Positions 52,517 through 64,000 of a stretch of 64,000 nucleotides of DNA are shown in pieces. Within the stretch, counting starts at the first letter, position 1; every line of letters begins with the position of its first letter. The DNA is from Callorhinchus milii (lineage: Eukaryota), in the NCBI RefSeq assembly GCF_018977255.1, contig NW_024704742.1, forward strand, positions 78,556,001 to 78,620,000, read 5' to 3'. The notes beneath the pieces are model-generated. The model did not search any database and was not told the DNA's origin. It saw only the letters and a list, made by a program, of their open reading frames with translations. A program made the position numbers and the translations under genes.

Positions 52517-52776
52517 ACACACACACACACTGATACACACACTCCACCTATAATCCACTCACTCACTCACACACACACACACAGACACAGACACAGACCT
52601 CTAATACACTCACTCACTCACAGACACACACACTCCACCTATAATCCACTCACTCACTCACACACAGACATACACACAGACCTCTAATACACTCAGACAC
52701 ACAAAGACACAAACCACTCACTCACACACAGACCTCTAATACACTCACTCACACACAGACAGAGACACACACTCAC
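52517..52776. repeat. CA/CACT-rich repeat with a duplicated unit of about 90 bp
   Basis: actccacctataatccactcactc occurs twice and cagacctctaatacactc three times. Confidence 0.85.
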
Positions 52777-53360
52777 GAGGAGAAGTCGGGCACTGGCAGC
52801 TGTAGGCGCGCAGTGCGATCAGTGAGTATCCAGAACAGCACAGACTCACTCACTCTCACACACACACACAGATGGCTCTCTCTCTCTCTCTCTCTCTGCA
52901 CAGTGCACAGGACAGGGCTGAGATGGAGAGAAAGTGAGAAGCTGCCTGAGGGATCAGCTCAGTGCAGAAGACAGGATGGGGTGTGGATGCCCGGCCTGGA
53001 CACCTGGGGGGGGGGGGGGGGTTGAGTTGTCGGGGTGGGGGGTATTACAGGAAGGGCAGCCCCCCCACCCCCAGGAGACACAAGCACCAAGGATCAGATC
53101 AGCCCCCACTGCTCAGCTTGGACTGCTGGGCTGAGGCAGGTGGCTCAGGGCTTGTGATGGAGAGTCTCCAGCTTTGCAAACTCATTTCTGCACCGAGGGG
53201 GGGGTTCATGTTCTGTCGTTATTTAGACTGTGGGGGTGTGGGGGGGGGGGGGAGGGGGTGACGACGTTTTTTTTAAGGAAAACGAAATAGAAACCGCACT
53301 TAACGAACCATCGAGGCTGTGACTACCGATAATGTGTCGTTCAATTGGTGGTGTGTCACT
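52777..53360 (-). promoter_or_regulatory. Putative promoter/5' region of the nAChR gene
   Basis: GC-rich, locally CpG-retaining stretch upstream of the ATG exon, with long G runs (about 53006-53041 and 53230-53258) and a CCAAT on the minus strand near 53344-53348. Confidence 0.4.
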
Positions 53361-53376
53361 CCGTGTGGGATAGTGC

Positions 53377-54236
53377 TCACTCACTCACTCACTCATTCAC
53401 TCAATGTATCTCTCTCTCACTCACTCACTCACTCAATGTATCACACTCGCTCACTCACTCACTGTATCTCACTCACTCTCTCACTCGCTCACTCACTCAC
53501 TCACTGTATCTCACTCACTCACTCAATGTATCTCTCTCTCTCACTCACTCACTGTATCTCACTCACTCACTCTCTCACTCAACGTATATCTCTCTCTCAC
53601 TCACTCACTCACTGTATCTCACTCACTCTCTCACTCAATGTATCTCTCTCTCACTCACTCACTGTATCTCACTCACTCACTCTCTCACTCAATGTATCTC
53701 TCTCTTTCTCTCACTCACTCACTGTATCTCACTCACTCTCTCACTCAATGTATCTCTCTCACTCACTCACTGTATCTCACTCACTGTATCTCACTCACTC
53801 TCTCACTCAATGTATCTCTCTCACTTACTCACTGTATCTCACGCACTCACTCTCTCACTCAATGTATCTCTCTCACTCACTCACTGTATCTCACTCACTC
53901 TCTCACTCACTGTACCTCACTCACTCACTCTCTCACTCAATATCTCTCTCACTCACTGTATCTCACTCACTCACTGTATCTCACTCACTCACTCAATCTC
54001 ATTCACTCACTATCTCACTCACTATCTCACTCACTCACTGTATCTCGTTTACTCACTCACTCATTCACTCAATGTATCTCTCTCACTCACTGTATCTCAC
54101 TCACTCACTCACTCAATCTCATTCACTCACTATCTCACTCACTATCTCACTCACTGTATCTCGTTTACTCACTCATTCACTCACTGTATCTTGTTTACTT
54201 ACTCACTCATTCACTCACTATATCTCACTCACTCAT
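53377..54236. repeat. Complex (CACT/CT)-based tandem repeat (minisatellite)
   Basis: About 860 bp of tcactcactgtatc and tcactcaatgtatctctc units. This explains the three long S/H/L/T-rich ORFs. Confidence 0.95.
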
Positions 54237-54350
54237 TGTGGGGGTGGGAGGTACTGTATTGTCGGAGATGTTGTCCTTCAAACCGAGATCGTGTCTGTTT
54301 GTTCAAGTGGACGTTAAAGATCCCATGGCACTATTTGAGAAGAGAAGAGA

Positions 54351-54713
54351 TAATAATAATAATCCTTGTATTTGATATAGTATCTTTTCACGTCTTCGAC
54401 AGGTCTCAAAGCTCTTCACAGAATATACTGTAAAATAAATTGACTATATTTTGTGGGTGAAATGCTGCAGCCAATTGTGCACAGCAGTGTCCCACAAACA
54501 GTCATGGATTGAGTGACCAATTTCTTTTAAGGAATTATTATCCCAGGAAAAGCGATCCGCCAATTGACTAACAAACAGGTTCCTACTTACTGCCAGGTAA
54601 ACAGAGGCACGTGGAGTAAGAAAACTTGCCCAGTGTTTTGTCCTGCCAGGAATCGAACCCAGGTCTCTCTCTAGCGAGGCGAGTGCTCTAACCGCTGAGC
54701 TACAGGAATCCAC
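54351..54713 (-). mobile_element. tRNA-derived SINE, long subtype, nested in a Deu-type SINE (about 54250-54350 and 54714-54930)
   Basis: Full head-insert-body-tail on the minus strand; Deu-like sequence continues on both sides. Confidence 0.88.
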
Positions 54714-57147
54714 AATTGTCTTCATGTTGTCCTGACCAACCATCCCCAGATAAAATTGGAAGTTCACTCATAGCTGTTTGGGGGACATTGCTGTGTTCAA
54801 ATTGGTTGCTACGTTAACTTACAAAAACATGGTCACTCCACTTTACAGTGTAGCATGTGAAGCACTTTGGAACAATCCAGCATATGAAAAGTGCTATATT
54901 AAATATGATTATTATTATTGTTATTACTATTTAAACCACTCGTTACTCCCTGCCAGTTTCCTGAAAGGTGGAAAATGCTGCAGAAACTCCATAAAACCAG
55001 GTTCTGGTAAAATAGAAAGAGCCCAGTCCCCCCATTCAGATTCTAAAGCTCTGTAATTCAAGATCATTCAGTTGCCAACAGAAATTCTAAGGATAGCATG
55101 CAAATAATAGATATTTCTTAGTACTAGCTTCTTAGTAATATTGTAAATGTTGGACTTTGACCCCACAATCCAGTTTGACAATCCATCCCAGTGCTAGGGG
55201 AACCTGTGTCGTCAAGTTTGCCATCCTTTCGAGGAAGCTTTAAACCATAGCAAGATTTGAAAAGAGAAAGGAGTTTCCCCGATGTCCTGGTCACTAATCC
55301 TTCTGGTCTTTCGCTTCATGATTGTTTCTGGGACCTTGCTGTGTGTAAATTAGCTGCGGCATTTGTCTGATGCTTACACTTTAATAGCCATGGACCATCA
55401 CTGGAGAGAACTCACATATGTTTTACAATCCATTCCTTGTGATAATGTTTATCTTTATCAACACATCATCTCATGCAATGTCCAGTTTGTGGTGACTGAT
55501 AGTGAGTTGTAGCCTTCACGTCAGCTTACACTGATAAGTCGTTCCAAATAGTGCAGGAAGAGCCCGTTTCTTTCTCCTACAGAAGGTTCGTTGACTGAAA
55601 AGCCTCAAAAAGGGAAATAATGAGAAATATCAATCGCAATACAATACACTGGGCCAAGAAGCTGTGATGGAAAGTTGTCAGGTGGCTGTTCAAGTTAGTG
55701 CCAGGTGAGCACCAATTCAGTTAATGTGGGGTTCCAGGCAAGCAGCAGGCAGGGATCGGCAAAACAAAGGCAAAGTAGTCAAGCTTCTGACTAAAGTCTG
55801 AAGACAATTAGGCAGATAATAGGAAAGGTTGCAGACCCTGGAGAGAAGATCCAGAGATTAGGGACCTTATAAAGTTTTTGGGGTACCACTAGAAATTAAG
55901 TAGCTAAAACCAATGGCTTGCATTTCGGTAGGGCAGGAATCAGGTTGGTACAAGCACCAGGAAACCAGGTACGTCTGATAATGGGCCTCCCAATTAAAAC
56001 AATAGTACATTAAAGTGATAGTAATTGTATTAAAATAGTTCTTTAACTTTAAATTAACCTGAGATATGTGACCATTTGATTGAAACAAAGTACAATAACA
56101 GATATAACTGAGACTGTTAGCCCATGTTTAGAAGTGCAGTGCTTAGGTAATGTTTGACAGTTACTAATCCTGAAATTCAGAGTGGTATAGATGGAACCCA
56201 AGCATAACCAGACTGCGCTGATAAGGTACTTGATTTCAATGCATTATGAAGTTGGTTCATTAGCCAACTGAACCACAACATGAAAGGATAATTACAAGAC
56301 AACATAACTTTAAGCATGCGTATCTTTAAATATGAAAAGCTGCCAGTCTCACCACAAATACTTATCGTCACATTTTAAATGTGCATGTGTACATTAACTA
56401 CATTGACCCGCTGGAGACATAATCACAATCTCTGCATTCAGTAAAATGTCTCTGAGATTGAAATGTCTCAAAGTGCTTCATAGTATATGCTGTCAACACT
56501 ATATATTATGTAGGCAGCCAATTTGTGCATAGCAAGGTCCCACATACAGCCCTGAAGTGCAATAACAAATTTATTTGGAAGATTGTTAGCCAGGATATTG
56601 TATGAAGTTCCCTTTTCTTTATGAAAAGGGCTATACAGGGTACCAGACAAAACAAAGGCATGCACTTAAATACCCACGTTAACATCCACTTGAACAGATT
56701 ATCAACTTAATATCTCATCAAAGGACAGTAGCTGCAGCAATACAGAGCTCCCCCAGTACTGCCCTGTAGTCTAGGAAAGATGCTAATGTCTAAACTAAGG
56801 GCTTTAACTCACAGCCTTTTAACTCACTCACGAGGCGAGAGTGCTACCAACTGAGTCAAATTAACATCTGTAACAAGGTCATATGTCTCTCAGATTGGAC
56901 TATCGTGCTTGCTGTGAACACAGAAAAACGTAGAGAAGTTAGTTAGATTATCATGGACAAGGCATTCTCAAAGCCTAGTGCATTCCCCAGCAAGCCTTGT
57001 TCTGAAGGGGATAACTTTGTTTTTGAACTTCATACAAAGAACAGAACTCCAAATCTTTGAGAAAGCACCACAAGCATGGGATGAAAATTCATTAGCATTT
57101 TTGTGAACAGAAGCTTTGAACTGATTCAAAATGTGAAGCTTTGTGTT

Positions 57148-57456
57148 CCTGGTTGGAGAATCTAAAACTAGGGCTCATAGTCTCAGATTAAAGGTCAGCC
57201 CTTTAGAACTGAGTTGAGAAAACATTTCTTCACTCAGTGAATTTATGGAATTCTCTACCCCAGAAGGCTGTGGATGCTCAGTCATTGAACATATTCAAGA
57301 CTGAGATCGATAGATTTTTAAAAACTTAAGGGATATGGGGAAAGGGTGGGTAAATGGAATTAGATTAGTAGATCAGCCATGATCTTATTAAATGGCGGGG
57401 CAGGCTCGAGGGGCCGAATGGCCTACTCCTGCTCCTATTTCTTATGTTCTTATGTT
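57148..57456 (+). mobile_element. CR1 LINE 3' end
   Basis: C-terminal ORF2 remnant; 3'UTR gggccgaatggcctactcct and a (TTCTTATG)n tail. Confidence 0.9.
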
Positions 57457-58125
57457 ACAAATATGGAGGGCTGGCATTAATGATGTTACAGTTATAACAT
57501 GGCACAATAGTTAAATCGAGAGATGCAAATGTTATTATGTTACCTAGAGTAAAAGATATTACAGTAGCCGTATCCTTTAATTAAAAACACTTTATTTGAT
57601 AGTATAAAGATCAACATAATGAACTGATCAATTTAACAACTCTTTGACCTTCAAACATTATATTGTCAAGTCCCATTAGGAAATGTTAAGAGTAGGACAC
57701 TGATGCCATATCACATACAATCAGTTCAATTATCTTCAATGTTCTGCAGTACGTGTAGTCAAAGAAAGCTAATGCTTGGACACTTTTTGTTTCACGTCTT
57801 CAGGATATGTTGGCTAAAGAGAACTTGACTTTATTTATACGTTTCAGGCTTTTATTTGGATAATCATGGTTATTTTACTGCGGTTCACTTTCTTAATGAA
57901 TAAACAATGCTACAGTGTCATGTTGAAAGGAAAACTGGTTAAGGTCAAATCAAATAGCAAGGAGTATCCTTAGAGTAATTAAAACACATGGCATTGCCTA
58001 TCCATATCCAAAATAGAAGAGGATATGGGAATACTCCACCTGACCTAGGTGGAATCTGAGTTTAACCCTTCTCCTGAAGACTTGTTCTGGTCAAACAGTG
58101 TTGAACTTATGGGGAAACCCATAAA

Positions 58126-58460
58126 CACAAGAACAACAACAAAATTAGACTTATAGAGCGCCTTTCATGTCGGGAGGATGTCCCAAAGCGCTGAACAGTC
58201 AGGTGTCGGGCTCGAGCATGGGGGAGGGATGGTATAGGGGTGAGGGAAGGCAGAGAGGTGGGAGGGAGACCAGAGGCACAGTCGAAGAGAAGGGTCTTGA
58301 GACCGGCCTTGAAGGAGATACGGGAAGAAGAGAGGAGAAGAGATCATGGGATGGACTTCCAGAGTGTGGGGGCGGAGAGGCTGAAAACCCGGTCACTGAT
58401 GGTAGGGTAGGTCGGGCGGGAGACATGGAGTAGACCGGAGCCCAATGAATGGAGGGGTCC
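58126..58460 (-). mobile_element. L2 LINE 3' fragment
   Basis: FKAGLKTLLFD remnant and L2 tail; 3'UTR matches the fragment nested at 6328-6493. Confidence 0.88.
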
Positions 58461-60559
58461 GATAAGTCACGATGCTTAAGAATATCCACAAATGTATGCT
58501 ACCCACATATGGAAATTTGCACTCTGAACCTGAAGGAATTCCAGAAAGTATTAGGCACAGGTTGGTAAGAACCAGAAATTGGGGACCTTACAGAATTTGT
58601 TGGGATACCACTGGAAATTAAGCAGCTAACACCATATGGCTTGCCATTGAGATCACTATCTGGCAAGCTTTTCACTGTTTGTCCAACTAGGACCTCCCTA
58701 CCCATTAGGGTTTGGCTTGCAGGTTTAATGGGTGTGAAGTGGAAAGAAATGTGGGTCCGATGCGGAGTTTGAACCCCAAACCTTCCAAGTCATAGGTGAG
58801 AGTGCTACCAACTAAGCCGGTTGACATGTTGATATCATATACACATTTGTCCCACAAAATATAGGCAATTAATTTTACAGTATATTCTGTTAAGTGCTTT
58901 GAGACATCTCTAAGATGCTATATAGAAAATGCAAGGATTATTATTATTATTATATTCAGGTACATCACATAACACTCACAGCACTCGCAATTTTTTCTAA
59001 ATCTCAGGAATACAAAATGTGCCATGGGTAAAAATATTCACAAAGGACATTGTACTAGCACCAACACAACACATGAACCATACCATTTTGGTCATTGACA
59101 TATTCCCACCTTACAAAAAAGAATGTGAGGCTGTACATGTCAGAGCAGAGACAACACAAGCTTTGAAGCTTAAATAGAAGAAAAAAATAAAGACCTTCTT
59201 CAATTCTAATCCCTGGTTGAACACATTTTTCAATGTTATGTAAAATGATATATACCTCTGAGGCAACATAGAGAAAGCACTTGAATCCATACACAATAAA
59301 TTAATTACAGAAACCAGTTAATGATTAAGATTTAGCTTTAGTGTAGAATTAACAAAAGCAGCCCTCCAGCCATTTGGCTACTTTAAATAAAATAGAATTT
59401 CCAAACGATAAGTCGCATGTAGGAGTGGGACTGCACAAAAATGTTATTTAGCAAAATGCGTTTTCCACAGTTTTACTGTTGCCTGATTTTCTCTCCTCCT
59501 CTCATGAAGGTAATAATTCATACTGAAGTATGTTTGCTTCTAATGCAAATGCCTGCAGTGGAATTGTTCAGGATATATGCTGTCGTTCAGATGAGATGTT
59601 AAATCATGTTCTTGACTGCCTATTCAGATGGATGTTAAAGTTCCTGTATCACTATTGAAGAAGAGAAGGGAGTTTCTCCCAGTTTTCTGGCTAACAATCC
59701 TCCAGTTATTTTGTTCATTCATCTCCTAGATGTTTGTGGGATATTAATGTGTACAAATTGGCTACTGTATTTGCCTACAACAATAAATTACATTTGTATA
59801 GCGTCTTTCATGCCTCAAATACATTGTTAAGCACTTTGAGCATTTTAACATAAGGCACAATATGAATTGCAAAGAACATTGTTGCAATATATGAATTTAC
59901 TTTGGAATTTTAGAGGCTAAGACGCGCTATGCTTTTTAAAAGAGCTTTAAAGTCCAGGACTGTCATCTCAGAAATCCTTTGACACTCATAGGTCATTACA
60001 TCCCAAGCTGCAGAGGATTCAGAGAAACATAACAATTGGTTCCCAGTCTAGAAAATCTAAGTTATGAGGAGAGGCTTGCAGTGCTGAGCTCATTAGAATG
60101 CAGAAGATTGAAGTGAACAACTCTTTAAAATGCTAAACAGCATACAAAAAGCAGCTCAATAAAAGATGATCCTAAACATATATAACAGCCATATAACAAC
60201 AAATGTAATAACCAATCTGTTATATATGTTTAATGTGTAACTTCTCCATTAAATGTAAAACTGTATGAATATATTAAGTAGCACTGCACACAGATAAGAG
60301 ATGGGCTGCAGTTGAATCTCATTGGTAGTGTGGGGTAGCTGTCAGAATTGACTGTTTCTGAGACTTACTGAGGTTTTCTTCTCTGTGATATTCAATGTGG
60401 TATTAATACTGCACATCAGCAGTGTAACTAATTAATCCATCTGAGAGCACAAACATTTTCCATATCAATGAGCCCTCTGCTCATTGATCAATACCATCCA
60501 ATCTTTCACCAACGATTCCACTCTACATTCATTAACTTCCTTCAGATTTCACACAAGCT

Positions 60560-61288
60560 TAAAGGGGATGAAGGAACAGAGAGACATGGGGGTTCATATA
60601 AAATAAATATCCGAAGGTGGCAAGATAAATAGATAAAGCTCTTAAAAAAACACATGGGATACTAAGATTTATAAATAGGGGCATAGAACCCAAAAGTCAG
60701 GAAGTTATGATGAACCTTTGTAAAACACTGGTTAGGCTTCAGCCGGAGTACTGTGTTCAGTTCTGGGCACTACACTTTAGGAAGGATGTCAAGGCGTTGG
60801 AGAGGGTGCAATGGAGATTTTCCAGGATGATACCAAGAATAAGGGACTTCACTTATCAAGAGAGGCTAGAGAAGCTAGGATTATTCTTCTGGGAGCAGAG
60901 AAGATTAAGAGGAGACTTAATAGAAATTTTCAAAATTATGGGGGGATTTGATAGGGTGATCAAGGAGAAATTATTTCCATTGGTTGGAAAAATAATTTCC
61001 ACCCAAGGACACAGATTTAAAATAGTTGTTAAAAGAAACAGAGGTGAAATTTTTTCACACAACGAGTTGTTCGGATCTGGAATGCATTGCCTGAAAGGGT
61101 GGTGGAAGCCGATTCAATAACAACTTTAAGAGAGAAATGAATAATTATTCGGGAGGACAAGTTTGCAGGGCTATGGGGAGAGAGTGTAAGAGTGGGATTG
61201 ATCTGGATAGTTCTTTTCAAAGAGCCGGCACAGACACGATGGGCCAAATGGTCTCCTTCTGTGCTGTATAATTCTATGATTCTATGAC
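60560..61288 (+). mobile_element. 5'-truncated CR1 LINE
   Basis: ORF 60707..61120 (LVRLQPEYCVQFW...LERVQ...RRLRGDLIEIFK) and a (TTCTATGA)n tail. Confidence 0.92.
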
Positions 61289-61469
61289 AGCATTCACTCA
61301 TTTAGTCCTGCAATGGTGGGAACATGAAATCTTCATCTCATCCACGCCTTTTAAAGGGCAATAAAAATCTTGCCTGGTTCACTATTTGAAGGTACACTGT
61401 TTGACACATCCTATCTATGTGTATTTGTGTGTGAGTGTACCTCCCTCTCCAATTCTTGCATTGCCTGTT

Positions 61470-61710
61470 CATAGTAAGCAAAAATTGTGTTGCTATGTCT
61501 GCCTCAAAGCTATGGAACTCACTCCCTGAATCCCTTCGTCTTGCCCCCTCTTTCCCCATTTTCAGGTTGTGCCTAATGACCTTCCTCTTCGACTGCGCCT
61601 AGTCACCTTCCCCTTCCCCCTGGCTCGGCATTGGGCTCCACTATTGTTAAGTGCTCTGGGATGTCGCCTGGCGTGGAGGGCGCTATATAAATGCAAGTTG
61701 TTGTTGTTGT
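61470..61710 (+). mobile_element. L2 LINE 3' fragment
   Basis: LWNSLP..TFLFD remnant and tail gcgctatataaatgcaagttgttgttg. Confidence 0.82.
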
Positions 61711-62959
61711 CTGTTCATTGGACATTAGAATTTTCATGACAGTACAGCAGAGAGACTAATATTCACACGAACTGTAACCAACCCCATTGTGCATACATGG
61801 ATAACAGATCATTATTCAAAATACAATGTGCAGCACTAACAAAAAGTTTCTGTTACGCCTTCTCTCTCTCTCTTGTTCTCTCTTTATTTTCCTTTCTCTA
61901 ATTATCTGTACGTGTGTGAGTGTGCACCTCTCTCCAATTCTTTACTGATACCCTACTTTCCACTACCATTTGATAGTTCGCAAATACTGTGCACCTATTA
62001 TCCTCATGCATGCAGAGAAGAGGAAAAAGGATGATCCTCAATATGTTACGAGCTTTGGTTAGAGAAAAGAGGGCCTTTGAAAGTTGAAAGGAAACATCTC
62101 ATAGGGGACCTTATAGAAGTATATAATTTGCTAAATGGCAAGGGTAAGACAACCCAGAAGAATACTCTCAGACATATCAGGGTAGTAGGACATGGGAGCA
62201 CAGATTATAATAACAGTAATAATCCTTGCATTTGATATAGCGCCTTACGATGTCACTGAGACATCTCAAAGCACTTCACAGAATAAATTGTAAAGCGGAG
62301 TGACTGAAATTGTGGGTGAAACATTCAGAGTTGTGAAGGGCAAGTTTAGGAAAGACGTATTTCACACACAGAAGGTATTTAACAAGTTGTGAAGGGCAGG
62401 ATGCTGGATTCATTCAAGGTATTTTAGTGGAAAGATGGTAAGGTGCATGTTCTTGAAGCTTGAGATCTAATGGACCAGAAGACTTTCTTCATCCAAAGCT
62501 CTCCAGTGATCTTCAGATGTATAATGAACTTGGCACTGCCTCAATAGGTTTCACCATAAGCTACATTGGGATAGTTTGTAATTCTTTTACAGAGAGGATT
62601 TTTAAATAAGTTGGGGTGTAAGAAGGTCAACATTTTGTTTCATAAACAATCAACTGACATCTCAAGGCAAATCTGATCCTGATCCACAGTTTCCTGAAAA
62701 AGCAGTAATGTGCTGCTCTACATTGAGATGTGGGTTCTGGTGATGCTTCACCAAGCCAAGCATAGCTGCCTGAATAGAGAGCTATATCCGTTTAAGCAAA
62801 TGGTCATTTAAGCAAATCTCTCACAGCACCAGACAAAGCTCAAAGCATTCAAGTGTAATAGGATAAATGCAGGTTTCGTGAAAGCAACACCTGAACCAAC
62901 ATAATGCAGATAATTTTGGCAATGGCGAAGCAAAATAAGTCTTAAAGATAATAAGAATT

Positions 62960-63205
62960 AACGACAACAAAATTACATTTGTATAGCGCTTTTCACATCG
63001 GGAGGATGTCCCAAGACGCTGGACAGACAGAGTTACGGACCTGAGCTGGGTGTTGGGTGGAGGGTGGCGGGGAAGAAGGGAGATTGAAAGCATGGTCAAA
63101 GAGGAGGGTCTTGAGGTGGGTCTTGAAGGTGGCGAGGGAGGGGGCGAGACGGAGATACTGCGGGATGGAGTTCCAGAGGATGGGGGCAGAGTGGCGGAAG
63201 GTCGT
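62960..63205 (-). mobile_element. L2 LINE 3' fragment
   Basis: LWNSIP / FKTHLKTLLFDH remnant and stem-loop tail. Confidence 0.85.
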
Positions 63206-64000
63206 TTAAGGTGGGTTGTTAAGTCTACATTTTCTGCAGTGTTTGGAAGCAGACAGTTTTTCACATGGTCAGCTGTGCTTGCTCCTTGTGTTGGTGAGCA
63301 CCAGCGGATTTGGTGCCAGTGTTACTGGCAACGAACCCACTACTTGGTTTAATCAATGGGGTCTAATTTGCAGATTGTGTTAACCATGTGTAAAGAAACG
63401 TATACAGAGGAAATACAGATATCCTAAATTGATATAAAACCATCAATGTATAAGATTTGCAGAATTACCTGGAATCTTGGTCATTAGGTGTTAATGGTAT
63501 TATTAGGGCTACATGTAAATTTCCAATGTCTATGGTGTGTAAACATGGCTTACACAACTCACATAATTGTTTCCTTTGGACCATAATAATTCAACCATTT
63601 AAAAACTGCAATCATATAAAAATTCAACCATATAAATCACTGCAATATATATGATGGGGGAGCCAAAGAGGGTTTTATAAAAAAATTAAATACAATGTGA
63701 AGACAGAACTCTTTGTTTTGCTGTCATGCTGAGAGACAGCCAGGGTCAATGTAATGCATGATATTGGGGATCAGATTTGCACATTACAGCAAGCTGGGAG
63801 GGGAGGGGTCAAGAGCTATGAATCAGATAAAGCAATCAAAATCTTACAAAGAGAGCTCAATAGTGTGCACAGTTGAGTTTATGATTGTAAATGAAATTCA
63901 ACACAACTGAACTCAAGATATTAATAACAACACCTTGCATTTATATAGCACCCTTCATGCAAAATTCACTTTACAGTGTGTTCTGTGAAGCGCTTTGGGA

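Noticed and set aside
53078..53100. RE1/NRSE-like motifs near the promoter (aagcaccaaggatcag; also about 52899-52919 and 285-305)
   Set aside because: Mammalian CHRNB2 has an NRSE, but these matches have too many mismatches in core positions.
53319..54433. Three long ORFs (323-362 aa) rich in S, H, L and T
   Set aside because: They are translations of the CACT minisatellite, open in all three frames because the repeat lacks stops.
3322..54713. Regularly recurring repeats as a CRISPR-like array
   Set aside because: They are dispersed SINE/LINE copies in both orientations with no repeat-spacer periodicity; the DNA is eukaryotic.

Overview
This is vertebrate genomic DNA, not prokaryotic. The repeat landscape (L2 and CR1 LINEs, Deu-domain SINEs, an abundant tRNA-derived SINE with an L2 tail) suggests a cartilaginous fish, probably a holocephalan such as elephant shark; this is inference. 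One complete protein-coding gene spans most of the window on the minus strand: a neuronal nicotinic acetylcholine receptor non-alpha subunit of the beta2/beta4/beta5 group, best guess CHRNB5. I traced six coding exons with canonical GT-AG sites and consistent phases: 52446-52500, 23264-23409, 21373-21417, 16419-16528, 13329-14280 and 1336-1488. Together they give a 1461-nt CDS (486 aa). Intron 1 is about 29 kb and intron 5 about 11.8 kb. Most other recognisable sequence is retroposon-derived, and nearly all short ORFs in the track appear spurious or repeat-derived. The points most worth a second look are: the mosaic beta2/beta4 features of the subunit; a decayed R4/Dong-clade retrotransposon split by a young L2 with a clean TSD; a modular SINE in long and short forms; a 3' stem-loop shared by SINE and LINE; near-identical inverted L2 copies flanking exons 2-5; templated filler at two SINE 5' junctions; and a possible Harbinger transposase relic. 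I found no convincing wholly new biological system. Repeat boundaries are approximate unless a TSD is given.
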